A DNA stretch of 62,163 nt, counting the filler, from Basidiobolus ranarum (taxonomy: Eukaryota): NCBI GenBank assembly GCA_040143965.1. It is 14 parts of 14 records of this genome, joined end to end, with 100 filler letters (N's around TTAATTAATTAA, not from the genome) between each part and the next. Parts side by side here need not be neighbours in the genome. Positions count along the whole stretch, not along the records: positions 40,070 to 44,410 come from JASJQH010001999.1; positions 44,511 to 48,849 come from JASJQH010002000.1; positions 48,950 to 53,288 come from JASJQH010002001.1; 11 more parts are not named here. One strand, 5' to 3'. The notes below the pieces were generated by a model that saw only the letters and a list, made by a program, of their open reading frames with translations, was not told where the DNA came from and made no database searches. Of the stretch, positions 41,317 to 53,388 are shown piece by piece. Position 1 is the stretch's first letter. Each line of letters opens with the position of its first letter. The position numbers and the translations under genes were made by a program.

Positions 41317-42843
41317 TCAGGATATATTCTGCCTGGGAGCAGAGGATTCTACGAATATGCTATTCCTAGACCATGTCTGCTCTTCTGGTACTATCTCTGG
41401 AGCAGCCATGGTGGTCCAAGTTACGTGCTTTACTCCGGTTCCCTCAGCTTCTAATTCACGTCTCATCAATTCATCACTATAATGAGAATTAGTCCGCTGA
41501 AGTGTTTCGATATCTTTGCCACTCCAACTGGGTTTCCTCAACAGCTGTCTATAGGTATCCGCTATCATGCGAGCATCTTTCGCAGTTAGTCGTAAAGAGT
41601 TTTGAAGTTTACCAGAATCCAGCTCAGTTGATTTCTTTGACTCGGGATCCATTTCTATTCGCTGATTGGAGTTCAAAATAAATGAAGAGGGATCCGTATG
41701 TCCTAAGGAGTCCGGTCCATGGGTGGGTAAGGTATCGACCTCATCAAATGTTAAACACACAGTTTTTGGTGGTTGACGACGACGCACTATGAATATTAAT
41801 GTGCACTCTGGAGTTAAGGAAATATCTCTTATTTAACTGACTTGTATGAGTTATAACTTTAAAAAAGGATATAGAGCACTAAGGAGTACGGTTGCAAAGC
41901 AGCTGGCACTGATTCCAATAATTACCCAGGATGGTACCTTTCCCTGATTGGCTGACTGGGAATTACCATTACCGCTAATTATCGCTTCGCCATCACGAAT
42001 ATCACCAGTGGGTTGTGTACCGTATAGGCTTATAGAGGGCCTTTCCAATTTGTTGGATTCATTAACGTTGGTATTTTGTGAATTAGTTGGAGAATTCTGA
42101 CTCGTTGAAGGTGGGGGTTCTTTACAAATCACAAAAATCCATCAGTATTGGAGTACAAATGTGTAAGCGTAAGGGTGCATACCTTCGATATTAAAGATTG
42201 GTCCCCAGGGCTGATGTTCCGACCAGTCACCATGTGGAGTAATCATTAGTCGAAATTGCCTCAAAATACTGACGTTCTCTCGGTTACCTTGGACTTTAGG
42301 AAACCATTCGATATCGTTACTTAAGCCCACGGTCAACAAACCGTCATTATTCTGTATGTTGATCCATTCCTTAACGGGGTTCCGAGTGTCAGTCATCTCG
42401 AATAGTCTTACATCTACAAATCCTTGTACTTTAAACAGGGGGTGGTTATGATTCCATCGGATCATACCGCTCTGGAGTTTTCCTAACATCCAAGTTTCAT
42501 CGGGTTTTGGTAAGCAATAAATATCTGGACCACAATTCTCTTCTAGCACTATCGATAAAGTATAGATGGTGAATTTACGAATTTGGGTGTGATTGGATTT
42601 ATGTGCAAACACAGATCAAAACTAGTACCTACCATCACGTGGTATGACGGAAATAGTTTTGGTGATGCTATTTGTTTCCCACGTTGTAGTTGCTTGAAAG
42701 CTAGAGGAGGTTACGAAAGTTGTACTTGTGGCTTGCCAAGAAGTAGTGCTAGTGGCGGCGAGTACGTGAGATGTACTTGAAATATAATGGAAATAAAATA
42801 CACAGGAGAGTATCGCTCTAAAGGGCACAGGTAGTGGTTTCAT
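41317..42843 (-). CDS. Type I single-pass membrane protein, about 433 aa, 4 exons (42843-42633, 42542-42183, 42119-41873, 41800-41317)
   Basis: Signal-like N-terminus, Ser/Thr-rich stalk, globular domain, TM WVIIGISASCFATVLLSALLIFIV followed by RRR, cytoplasmic tail. Exon phases are consistent (1302 nt total). Confidence 0.8.
41801..41872 (-). other. U12-type (minor spliceosome) AT-AC intron, 72 nt
   Basis: 5' ATATCCTTT, branch site TTCCTTAAC, 3' CAC 12 nt after the branch motif. Removal gives an in-frame continuous TM helix. Confidence 0.85.
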
Positions 42844-43910
42844 CAGAAATAAATTATTTAAGCAAGCAGCTGGAGAACGGGAGAAATAAATCCCTGATTA
42901 AATTCAAAAATGAGTTATTAGTCTGGCTTAGATAGGAGCTTCATCATTCGTAACGCACCTAGTCTTGTATTTCTATAGATATCTTCAACTTGTTAGAGTA
43001 AATATGAATCAAACATTGACTTGTTCGGCCAAAAGCCATGAAAAAGATAAGAAATAGCTATTCTCTAGATTTATGGAAAACTAGCAGATGCGTGTTGAAG
43101 AGTCTATGTTATACAACAAAGTTTCCAAGATGTGTCACAAAAAAAGCCCAAGCAATGTGGAGACTGCTGCTTTATTATATTGGTAAACGCTCTTTTTCAC
43201 TCAAGCTGAACATAAACTCCGGAATATGTAATCTATGGAGGTGCAAGCGTAGTGATCAGGGGTATATGGGGGATGTGCAGACTAATTAGGCTTTTGTAAC
43301 TGAAAGAGAACTTAGCCCTAATTGATTATGGAGAGCACTAAGTATATTTTCACAGCTTTTCACTGCGTTAGTTGCAAATGAACTCTTATAGAAATGATAC
43401 GAATGGTGCATCCCCCCAAGTTATGCAAATATCGATGTACAATAACGTATAGCCAACTGATACTTTTACTTGCACTTAGATGTTAACCTTGCATATTTCT
43501 ATCTTTTATCCCGATTGCGAGCCTTTGTTGATATTCCTTACTACTAGTAAGCAACAAATACTTATATTACGCTAATTGATTTAAATGTTGCACCCGTTAT
43601 TTAGTGTTTACTTCCTGTCCTAAGTCCTCGCTAGAGCCTTTTGGCTCTCATTTCTCAAAAGTCAAATTCTGAACGAAGAATGTAGCGCAACTTTTCTTTT
43701 TTCTACTACAGATATATAGTAATCCGAATTTCACTGTATTCACTCAAAATATTGTAGTAAACATAGTAATTTTCGAGAGTAATGTAACATCAAAGTTTAA
43801 AATAGCTCTGTTTCATTCCAGAAAGGATGTGAAAGACATCAAAAGCACACCAAATTATCCTCTCAGCCTACTTGGTATCCTTGCAATATAGCTTGGTAGT
43901 TACTTATATA

Positions 43911-44020
43911 TGTTGAAATTAGCAATGCCTAAGCACCTATAGCTTAGTATTTAGTTATCCTATATTAAACTAAGATATTACCCATTATTTGATATTGGAA
44001 TCTACTTCAAATATGTTTAC
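43911..44020 (+). mobile_element. Partial LTR family A, opposite orientation to the adjacent copy
   Basis: TGTTGAAATTAGCAATGCCTAAGCACC...GCTTAGTATTTAGTTATCC. Confidence 0.7.
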
Positions 44021-44368
44021 TGTTTAGTATTTGAGAGCCTGTTGGAAGTGGTTTGGAGAATTAGAGAAATTGGTGGTTTTCACTAATTGCTTTATTGAGT
44101 AGAAAGTTCACATTTATAGTTTTGTCAAGATGTAAACAAACTAGCAGGTAGAATGTGTTAAGAAAGGTCCCAGGAACATGTGTGCAAAAGTATGGGGCTT
44201 CTAGCACAAGTTTGAGAAGTCTATATATCTGCAAACTTCTAAGTTGGTAAAAAGATTCTAAGTAAATTCCAATTGAGAATAATGGATAAGAGCTTAGTGA
44301 ATTATAAGATAACTAAGTACTAAGCTATATATGCCTATATAGATGTTTAGGCAATGCTAATTTCAACA
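44021..44368 (-). mobile_element. Full solo LTR, family A
   Basis: TG...CA, 348 bp, homologous to the other copies. Confidence 0.82.
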
Positions 44369-44410
44369 CTCTCCATCAACTAAATAGTCATATAAAGTAA
44401 TCCTAATCAA

Positions 44411-44510
44411 NNNNNNNNNNNNNNNNNNNNNNNNNNNNNNNNNNNNNNNNNNNNTTAATTAATTAANNNNNNNNNNNNNNNNNNNNNNNNNNNNNNNNNN
44501 NNNNNNNNNN
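44411..44510. other. Artificial contig linker
   Basis: N44-TTAATTAATTAA-N44. Confidence 0.98.
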
Positions 44511-45134
44511 CCAACCGTGAGGGATTTCAAGGAAGGAGAACCGGGATGGAGAGAGATCTACAGGCAAGTATAAGTAGTCTGATCAAACTGTCACAATAAG
44601 GAACTGGACAAGGACTGGAAACAACAACAAGAGGCTAGAAGGCAGGAGAGTACTTGGGTGTAGACCACAAGACAAGACTGGACAAGGAAGATACTTTGGC
44701 AAGAATCTTTATTGATAACTGGCATTGATTAGACTGGGGTCTGATCAAGGAATACATGGGGCTTATATAGATATTGCAAGGTGAAACATAATATACTGAA
44801 TAGGGAATATACTGTTGCAAGTTCAAGAGTTGGGGTGTTGGGGACTACAAGGACCAATACAAAGATGGATGATGTAAGGATCCTCAGGCAACCATCCATG
44901 GAAGGTCTTGGCGGAAATACACTATGTGTGGGATGTCATGATTGGTAGGCTTCATTGAATGTTCCAAAGAACATGACTTCCATATAAGGTAATCTGGACA
45001 AACTAACACAAGATTGCTAAGAAGGGATGGCACAGCAGATATGATGTCATAATCTAATATTAGAGGAGTTCCATTTGCAATATATCAATATGCCAAGATC
45101 AGAATCATGACACAAAGCTATTTATATGCAATTT

Positions 45135-46205
45135 CACTACATCAAGTTTACCATGCAAAAATTTCAATGCCAGTCAAAAAGCATTCAAAATTAAAATCAA
45201 AATTGGCTTCAAAGCAAAAGCCTGCTGGCACCAAAGGAAAAAACCTGCAAGAAGAGAGGACTTCATTGATGAGCAGTCTAGCAATCCACCGTCCACTTTG
45301 TTAGGCATCAACATGCTGGAAACTAACTCAAGTAATGATGAAGCATTGATCAATTTACCAGATGCATTCCTTTGTAGCAATAGTGCAAGCAAAGATATTG
45401 TAATCCCCCAACTACTTAGTAAATCAACAGTCGAGCAAAGTATGACGGAAACACCATCATTACCATCAACTTCCCAAATGGCTACTTTGCCCACTATTAA
45501 GCAACCTTCCATAGAAAACCTGGATAGAATTATCACAACAAGGTAATCACAAGCAGAAAACCATAATGGTTTATAAGTGATCATAAGTAAACACTACAAC
45601 GCTGATATACAGGCCATGACATGAAATAATGCCTCAAAATTGCAATTAATGTAGTGTTCAGAAGCAACTAGTCAACAGTTGGAAAGTCACTCAACAATGA
45701 TACAAACCATTCAGAATGCCATACTTGAGCTACAGCAACATGCTACTCCCTCTGTCCATTCTGATATGGGATTTCTATAAATCCACACCATAAATATAAA
45801 TGTCACTGTGACAATCTAGCAGAGCGGAAAATGTGTAGAACCATTAGGCCTTCACAACAACCCAAAATTGCTTGAGACAGGAAAGTAGAAATCTCATGGA
45901 AAACTGGCAAACCAAAAGACTCTGAATGTCAGAGTGCTGTCACTTGCTCTGATGATGAGTGGTTTTACATCTTTGAAACTGTGTGGAATCTTGCCTAAAA
46001 TCATCTCAATTTGAGCCAATCATGAAAAATCCAAAACCAGGTGTTACTCTGAATGTTCTTGACTTATTACATGCAGCTTATGCTGGGTTTTTGCAAGCAA
46101 ATGGCAATTGGGCTAGAATAGGCCTATTCTTGAAAAATCTCAAAAATATACACAATTATCAATTTGGAAAAAAAACAAATGCAGCTAAAGAAGTACCCTA
46201 ACAGA
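45135..46205 (+). repeat. Arm 1 of a ~1.07-kb diverged inverted duplication (decayed ORF, likely TE-derived)
   Basis: Colinear with the reverse complement of 47155-48240 (shared KLKSKLAS, NSSNDEALIN, LESHSTMIQ, AAKEV). Confidence 0.8.
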
Positions 46206-47154
46206 AGTTTGAGGATTGTTATTGTAGGAAATACATCACAATTTTAATCCATTTGGGTTTGACCATTTACTCACCATCAAAAAATTTTCAACTTATATTT
46301 GATTTTAATCAGTTTACTCAGTTTCAGGAGTGAAGTTTCTAGATCTTGAAAAAAAGTGGCACATGATTGGCTACAATCTCAGAGAACTATGGATCAACAC
46401 ATGTGCAAAAAACCTCACTCAAATTTTACACAATTGCTACTTGAATGCTAATTTGTCACCTTTGAAATCTCTATTCTCTTTGATATATTGTCCTGAATAT
46501 TTTTATAGAGTACTTCATACCCAAGGTTTAGCTCATACCCATCACAAGTTTGTATCAGTATCTCCATCAAAGCCCACCATTGTATTGATGTTGCTGAATC
46601 AACATTCTTCCAGCTATCTGGCAGGTACCCTGCAATATTGTGCCACTCTGTGTTAAGTTCTTCCTGGATATCTGCATGGTCAACACCAGACTAAATGTCA
46701 AGTCAAATGTTCTTCTTCTGAAGCCACTTTCTGCATACATGCACTGCATTCTTCCCTTCATACTTTTGAAACTACTCCTCAAGCACTTTGACTATTTCGT
46801 ACCTCCTTGTAGCATGACACTACAGAGGGTGCTTTGTGGTGTCGGTGGGGCTTTTTGCTTGCCTTTAACTTTGGGGCTAATTTCAACATTTTGAAAAGTT
46901 CCAGTTGAGGTTGGAGAGCCATGAGTTTTATTTACTGGTATTTGGCATGTTGAGAGGTGCCAGGTGTTAGATTAACTTCCAAATTTAGCACTCTTCCAAC
47001 TGGTGTTCCTGGTTCCATGGTGAAATTAAGCTTTTCTACCAGTATATCTGACACTTAAAATGCAGATCTTTGTAATGGTATGAAGAATTTGGTAATTGGG
47101 ACAGTAGAGCCTAATCTCACAGGCTCCTTTGCTTTTCCCTTGGGTTTACTAACT

Positions 47155-48240
47155 TCCTGCTCCTTGAGTACTTCTTTAGCTGCTTTTGTTTCTTTTTGAA
47201 TTTGATAATTGCATATATATTTGAGATGTTTCATGAGTAGGCCTATACTAGCCCAGCTATCATTTGCTTGCAAAACCCAGGATAAGCCACATTGAATGAG
47301 TCAAGAACCTTCAGAGTAATGCATGGTTTTTGGCTTTTCCACAATTGGCTCAAATCCAGGTGATTTTGGGCAAGATTCTGCACAGTTTCCAAAATGTTAA
47401 ACTACTCATTAACAGAACAAGTAATGGCAGCTCTGACATTCAGAGTCTTTTGGTTTGCCGGTTTTCCAATGAGTTTTCTACTTTCCTATGGCCAAGCAAT
47501 TTTGGGTTTTTGTGCAGGCTTAATGGTCCAACACATTTTCTGCTCTGCTATATTGTCATGGTGAAGAACATATGTATGGTGTGGGATTGATTGAAATTCA
47601 ATATGGGAATGGAAGAAGGGGGCAGCATGATGCTGTTGTTCAAGTACAGCATTCTAAAGGTCTTGTATCATTGTTGAGTGACTCTCTAGCTGCTGACTAG
47701 GTGCTTCTGAATGCTGCATTAACTGTGATATTGTGGCATTATTTCTTGTCATGGCCTGTGTAGCAACATTATAGTGTTTACCTATGATTGCACACAAATC
47801 ATTATAGTATTCTGCATGTGATTCCCATGTTTTAATAATTCTATACAAGTTGTCTAAAGTGGGTTTATAATAGTGGGAAGAGGAGCCATTTGGGAAGTTG
47901 ATAGTCTTGATGGTGTTTCAGTTGAACTTTGCTCAACTATTGATTTACTATGTAATTGGGGGATTACAATCTCTTCACTTGCACTGTTGCTCGAAAGGAA
48001 AACATCTCATAAATTGATTAATGCTTCATCATTACTTGAGTTAGTTTCTGGCATGTTAATGCCTTCCAAAGTAGATAGCAGATCACTAGACTACTCATCA
48101 ATTAAGTCCTCTGTTCTTGCTGGTTTTTTTCCTTTCATGCCAGCAGGCTTTGGCTTGGAAGCCAATTTTGATTTAAATTTTGAATGCTTTTTGAGTGGCT
48201 TTGAAATTTTCAGATGGTAAACTTGGTGTAACAAAACTGC
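47155..48240 (-). repeat. Arm 2 of the inverted duplication; the decayed ORF appears to continue toward about 46400
   Basis: See arm 1. CpG-depleted with multiple stops. Confidence 0.8.
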
Positions 48241-48413
48241 CTAGAAACAGCTTGTAATAAACCAAAATTGCCATCCATTACCAGAAATATCTTGTAAATC
48301 CCCCAATGACTCATCTGTGACACCATCTCAGAATCAGCTGATGATATTGATGGGCTATACCTAAAATACCACCCTTACGTGGGAGGTGTTCTTTTTTCCA
48401 CAATATCCTTCTC

Positions 48414-48849
48414 ATGCCGCAACACAAACGTTTAAAGAAGCCCTGCTATTATTGTTGCAAATTCTTGTGCTATGAAAGCCAGAGGCTTCATAGAAAAAAT
48501 AATCACAAGCATGGTCACTGTACAAAGCCACCAGCTGCACAAAGCCTGGTGTATAACAACAGTAATAAGTGCACTAAATCAACTTTAGTTTTGCCTATTG
48601 AGTCCACTGACTGTTGTTTGCCTCAAAGTTTTGGTAACACTGCTAAAAATCAAGATACTGTGGAGTTACCACAGTTATATGACCAGAATGATGTAGGTCA
48701 AAATGCAACTTTGGTTGAACCAGTAAGTCCAGACAACTTTGAGGACTTGCTGCTAGATGTTGACCTTGGTTATTCCAGTACTGATGGTAGTATATCAGAA
48801 GTTGAAGAAGAAGATGATGGTTTTGTTACAGACTCTTTGTTATTGGCAA
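48414..48849 (+). CDS. Truncated ORF with a Cys/His-rich N-terminus and acidic tract, possibly a DNA-transposon protein
   Basis: 145-codon open frame to the contig edge (CYYCC..C..H..HKHGHC; EVEEEDD), divergent from arm 2, CpG-poor. Confidence 0.35.
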
Positions 48850-48949
48850 NNNNNNNNNNNNNNNNNNNNNNNNNNNNNNNNNNNNNNNNNNNNTTAATTA
48901 ATTAANNNNNNNNNNNNNNNNNNNNNNNNNNNNNNNNNNNNNNNNNNNN
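48850..48949. other. Artificial contig linker
   Basis: N44-TTAATTAATTAA-N44. Confidence 0.98.
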
Positions 48950-50403
48950 TCCGCCTCCAAGTGAGCTTTTACCTGTAGGAAGCCTTCTGGTCATTGGAGT
49001 CATTCTGCCTGAGCGAGGATCACGACTCTCTATTACCTTTAGGGCAATACTGTGAGTCCCTGTAGAGCACAACATATCAAACACTGCATGAGAGATCGCC
49101 TACCATCTGGAATATCGTGTGTGATCGACTACTATGTGTGTTGTAATCTGTAGCGCTGATGTGTCTGTTGGCTAAGTAGGGCAAATAAGCGACAAGATGC
49201 AAGAACAAACGAGATGAGAATGGCGTATATACCTTCGCCTCTATGAATGACTCTCATCACTTGCTTTGGAGAAGTGACAATTTCCTCGCGTAGGGGGCTT
49301 ACATAGACACCTCTCTTCGACGTAGGTTAGACTGTAGGCTATTTATACTCAAAGCGATTGGACTTACCCGCTTATCTTCGTGAATTCGCAGATCCGTCAC
49401 CTCCGGAGATAAAAGGTCTCGGATCGTTTCATTATAAATCTCCATATAGGATACACGAAGGAGAAACTCTCTGCTCCCAGCAGTCTGTACTAGTAGTGTT
49501 AGATTATCATCTTTCAACATGCTTGTCACACCCGCAGATACACACCTCATGGATAAAATTGAAAACATCGGTTACAGCTTGTGGAATCACACCAGGCTGG
49601 GAATCGACACCTAATTATCAAAAATTTAGGGAGGTTCAACCGACGTTGTGATTGAATAAAATCACCATAACTTATTTTTCTTTAACGAACCTGTCTAATG
49701 AATAAAGCTCTCGTTAACAGACTGACGAAATACCAATGATTTAAATAACACATACCATAGTCTATATTTAACGATAGGTGAACAACGAGAACGACCATTC
49801 AATGGTTAGTACTACGGAAGATAAATCAACAAGACTATTTTAACTAGCTTACATAAGTCTTTCCAGAAGCTGTTTGACCATATGCGAACACTGTTCCATT
49901 ATATCCTTCCATTGTGGACCTTGAATAGCAAGAAAAAAGCAGAGCATATATGTGTGAGCTTCTATTTTTGTTTACATTTAATCGGCTTAACTTACCTGAC
50001 AATATCTCTGACGCATCTGTCATAGAGCAAGCGATTATCACTTCCAATAAGTACGGCATCTTTAGAAGGTAGACTTGATAAATCCTTTTTGTTGCTGTGT
50101 TATCAGAAAGGGGCTAAAATACTGTGACTAACCATATGTATATTCTGGGGTTTGTTTTTTTTGCTGAACGGCATACTCGGAATTCAACGAAAGCTTTCCT
50201 AGTATTGTATCTGTCTCCCAAATATCGGACCCATGTTTACTCAGCTCCGAAGCACTAGGAGGGCGTACTCGACCGGCTACTAAAACATTTTCATTTTTAG
50301 AACCAGACGAAATGGCGACACCTGTGCCATTAGATGTAGCTGAGGAAGCATATGAACTAGAGGAGCTTGAACGAGTCCTGGGGCTACTGGGTGGTAAAGA
50401 CAT
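48950..50403 (-). CDS. Kinesin motor protein (Kip2/kinesin-7-like), N-terminal part, multi-exon with micro-exons
   Basis: [75 protein letters not shown]. Truncated at the contig edge. Confidence 0.92.
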
Positions 50404-51314
50404 CGAATCAAATGTCTATATGGACCACTTGACGAAAGGAAGCGAGATTATGGACTTGAGAAAAAAAGTGACACTGAAAGTGCACCTAGAGCAGGAAAAG
50501 CTTATATTATCAATCATGCTATTACTAGTTAGCAAAGCAAATATGTTTGTAGATTTCGGGTTTAACAAAATAGGAAATTCTATCTTTACTAGAGTGAATC
50601 TGCTTATTTACCTCTTCATCACTGATCCAAGTATATTCGCCTGGCAGTGTTATTTACAAGTAGTAATTTGAATTAAACACCGATGTATGTTTGTAGTTAG
50701 GGATGTAGGATGTGGGATACCGAGGCCAGTAAAGAATGTTAAAAGTAAAAGAAAATCACAGTCAATATTTAAAGAAATGAGTACACAAGTACTGAAGCAA
50801 GGTGGTAAAATTATCCTCAACTACTTGAACAAATATTTATTAGAAAACTTTCTCCAATGCAAGGTACTCTCTATTACATTATACCAGAGCAGCACAGCTA
50901 TATTATATCGTTGTGGCTGACTTTACCTCCAAGCGTAGATGTGCCTATCTGGAACCAAAGCCTGAGAGTAACGTAATTAAATATCACATCTTGGTATTTA
51001 AAATGTGATTTAAAGTCGGATTTTTTATACACAAGTGCTTAGCTTCTTTCATTTTTTGAAGCGCTATTCTATTTTCTAGAGTTCCAGAATTTCAGATATT
51101 ACATACTAGAATTATTTACATCGATATACTTAGTTTATATAGATTGCTTCAAGAGACTAACTGAATAACGTGTAGCAGCACATTCGAAGGAACACTATGT
51201 GTACGTCATGAGCTTTATTATATTATGGGTGATCCACTATGTTTTGTCAAATAATTAACGTGAGGACTGAGTCTCGTTGAATGGCTTGACCTAGGTAGTT
51301 GAAATGACAAATAT

Positions 51315-51987
51315 TTAGATGAAGCCAATCTTGTTGGCAACATCCAAAGCATCAACATCAGCAGTAAGACGAACGTAAGCTTTCTTTTGTCCGTCAGGAC
51401 GAATAAGAGTGTTGATCTTAGCGGCGTCAACGTCATAGAGACGCTTAACAGCCTCACGAATTTGACGCTTGTTAGCACGAACATCACACAAGAATACAAG
51501 AGTGTTGTTGTCCTCAATCTTTTTAATGGCAGTCTCGGTGTTCAATGGTGAGCGAACAACCTCATATTGATCCATGCGGGGGGCACTAGGAACTGATTTG
51601 CGAGGATAGCGAGGAGCACGAGCAAGACGGAGAGTCTTGGGAAGACGGAAGGTTGTGGATGTACGAACTTTACGAGTAGCGTTACCATGGGTACCCTTTA
51701 AGGCAGCCTTCTTGGCGGCCATAGCCTTGTTCTTCTCTGAAGCAACTTTACAAAAGAACAAAGTGTATGTAAATAATTTGATTGATAAATAACTTCCCCG
51801 AAATGGGGTTCTATTTGGTGTCGAGAACGTAGTTAAGGACGAGTGCTTATGTGTGTTATCAATAAGGTAAATGGATGGATGGATAATGATATTGGATGGT
51901 AAACGCACTCGTCCTATTCTTCCGTCCCCAAACCTCCTCTTACTACCAAAACAAGACTCGATATGTACCTTTAGTTTTAGGAGCCAT
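51315..51987 (-). CDS. RPL25: 60S ribosomal protein L25 (uL23), 2 exons (51987-51969, 51745-51315)
   Basis: MAPKTK-VASEK...[14 protein letters not shown]...IEDNNTLVF...[18 protein letters not shown]...DVANKIGFI. Confidence 0.96.
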
Positions 51988-52384
51988 TTCTAAGTAATAT
52001 CTACCCGAAGAATTGAAGAGAAAGAGGAGGGTCTAGGAGCTCAGTTGGTTTTCTTTTGTATGGTGATCCCCAAATATTCTATGAACAAAAGAACCCTCTT
52101 TCGATTTTGAAAGATCAGATTCTGGAAATCGTTAGATCAGTTTGCGCTACATAAGATCCTGATCCTCCAGTTGAAATATACATATAGCACACGATACTTA
52201 TCTTTCCATTTTGCACACAGCTAGATGTGAGATATTGTTGCGAGGGTAAGAACATCTCTTTATCTTGAATGGATAGTTCGAGATACAGTATTTAGCGAGG
52301 TGTCTGTGTCGAAGGATAACGGTGTTTGTCTAGAGGATCTACATATGAAAATTATATAACGTTTCATTATTATTTTAGTCTTTA

Positions 52385-52760
52385 CCTGGCTCACTCAACG
52401 TGAGGTATAAGATTATCCAAACCATGGCCATTAAAGGCTTCAATGGCTTGAGTAGCTTCCTCACGATCAGAGAAACTGACAAAGGAGAAGCTTTTGCAAA
52501 TATTGGTTTTCCTGCAGGATAAACATGAGCAATATGACCCAATGGACAGAAAAGAGCGTATATACGACTTTCAACGGTATCCTAGGATAGATCAGTAACG
52601 CGTAGTGTGGGCATCTTTGGTATTTTGTACGGGTTAGAATAGTGACGTATATCTTTAATATCACTACTTGAAACGCTTCCACTAGCCATTCTGGCACGAA
52701 GCGCAGGTATTATTAAGAGCACCGGTTTCTGTTGACACTGTTTCCGTAACGGTAGTCTTG
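52385..52760 (-). pseudogene. eIF3 subunit g (TIF35) pseudogene fragment (linker and RRM); 5' boundary approximate
   Basis: PTLRVTDLS*DT..IYALFCPLGHIAHVY..(frameshift)TNICKSFSFVS..REEATQAIEAFNGHGLDNLIPHVE*A matches the eIF3g RRM (TLRVTNLSEDT...KGFAFVSF...GYDNLILxVEWA). Confidence 0.75.
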
Positions 52761-53109
52761 CTTTAATCCCATTATCATCGGGCCGATTATCTAGCTCCTC
52801 ATAAACTTGCTTTAATTTCCAATGAGACTGTCATGTTGTATTCTCGAAACATATAGGGAAATAACCTATCCATATATAGCTTAAATGAGCCGCTTGTGCT
52901 TGAGTGTTTCCTTCCAACGTTATCGAAGGAAATTATTGAAAATTCACCAGATTCAGAGTGAAATATGGTGCAAGAGGGATCAAATATATATTTCTACAAT
53001 GTTCACACAAAACCAATGATGTGCACACGAGTTACAGACATTAATTCATTTGGTTTGGTGAGTTTATTAACATCAAAATGATTAGACTATGGAAGCCCCG
53101 TGAAATGGC

Positions 53110-53288
53110 TTAGTAAAAAGTAGAAGGGCGCTTGGCGATGAAGAGGCTGCGATTGGCCTTGTCGGCAGGGCGAGCAACGCGATGGGGGAGGGGGAATCGA
53201 AGCTTGGGTACCATTAGCTGTTTAATGTAAGGACGACGAACATCAGCGTTAGCATCCTCAGCTACACGATTGATCTGAATGGATCTAA
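53110..53288 (-). CDS. RPL20: 60S ribosomal protein L20 (eL20/L18a), C-terminal end
   Basis: RSIQINRVAE...VRRPYIKQLMVPKLRFPLPHRV...FIAKRPSTFY*; not in the ORF track. Confidence 0.92.
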
Positions 53289-53388
53289 NNNNNNNNNNNN
53301 NNNNNNNNNNNNNNNNNNNNNNNNNNNNNNNNTTAATTAATTAANNNNNNNNNNNNNNNNNNNNNNNNNNNNNNNNNNNNNNNNNNNN
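53289..53388. other. Artificial contig linker
   Basis: N44-TTAATTAATTAA-N44. Confidence 0.98.

Noticed and set aside
52385-52400. In-frame TGA in the eIF3g fragment as possible selenocysteine or recoding
   Set aside because: It replaces a conserved Trp (TGG to TGA) in a sequence that also has a TAG and frameshifts, so it is ordinary decay.
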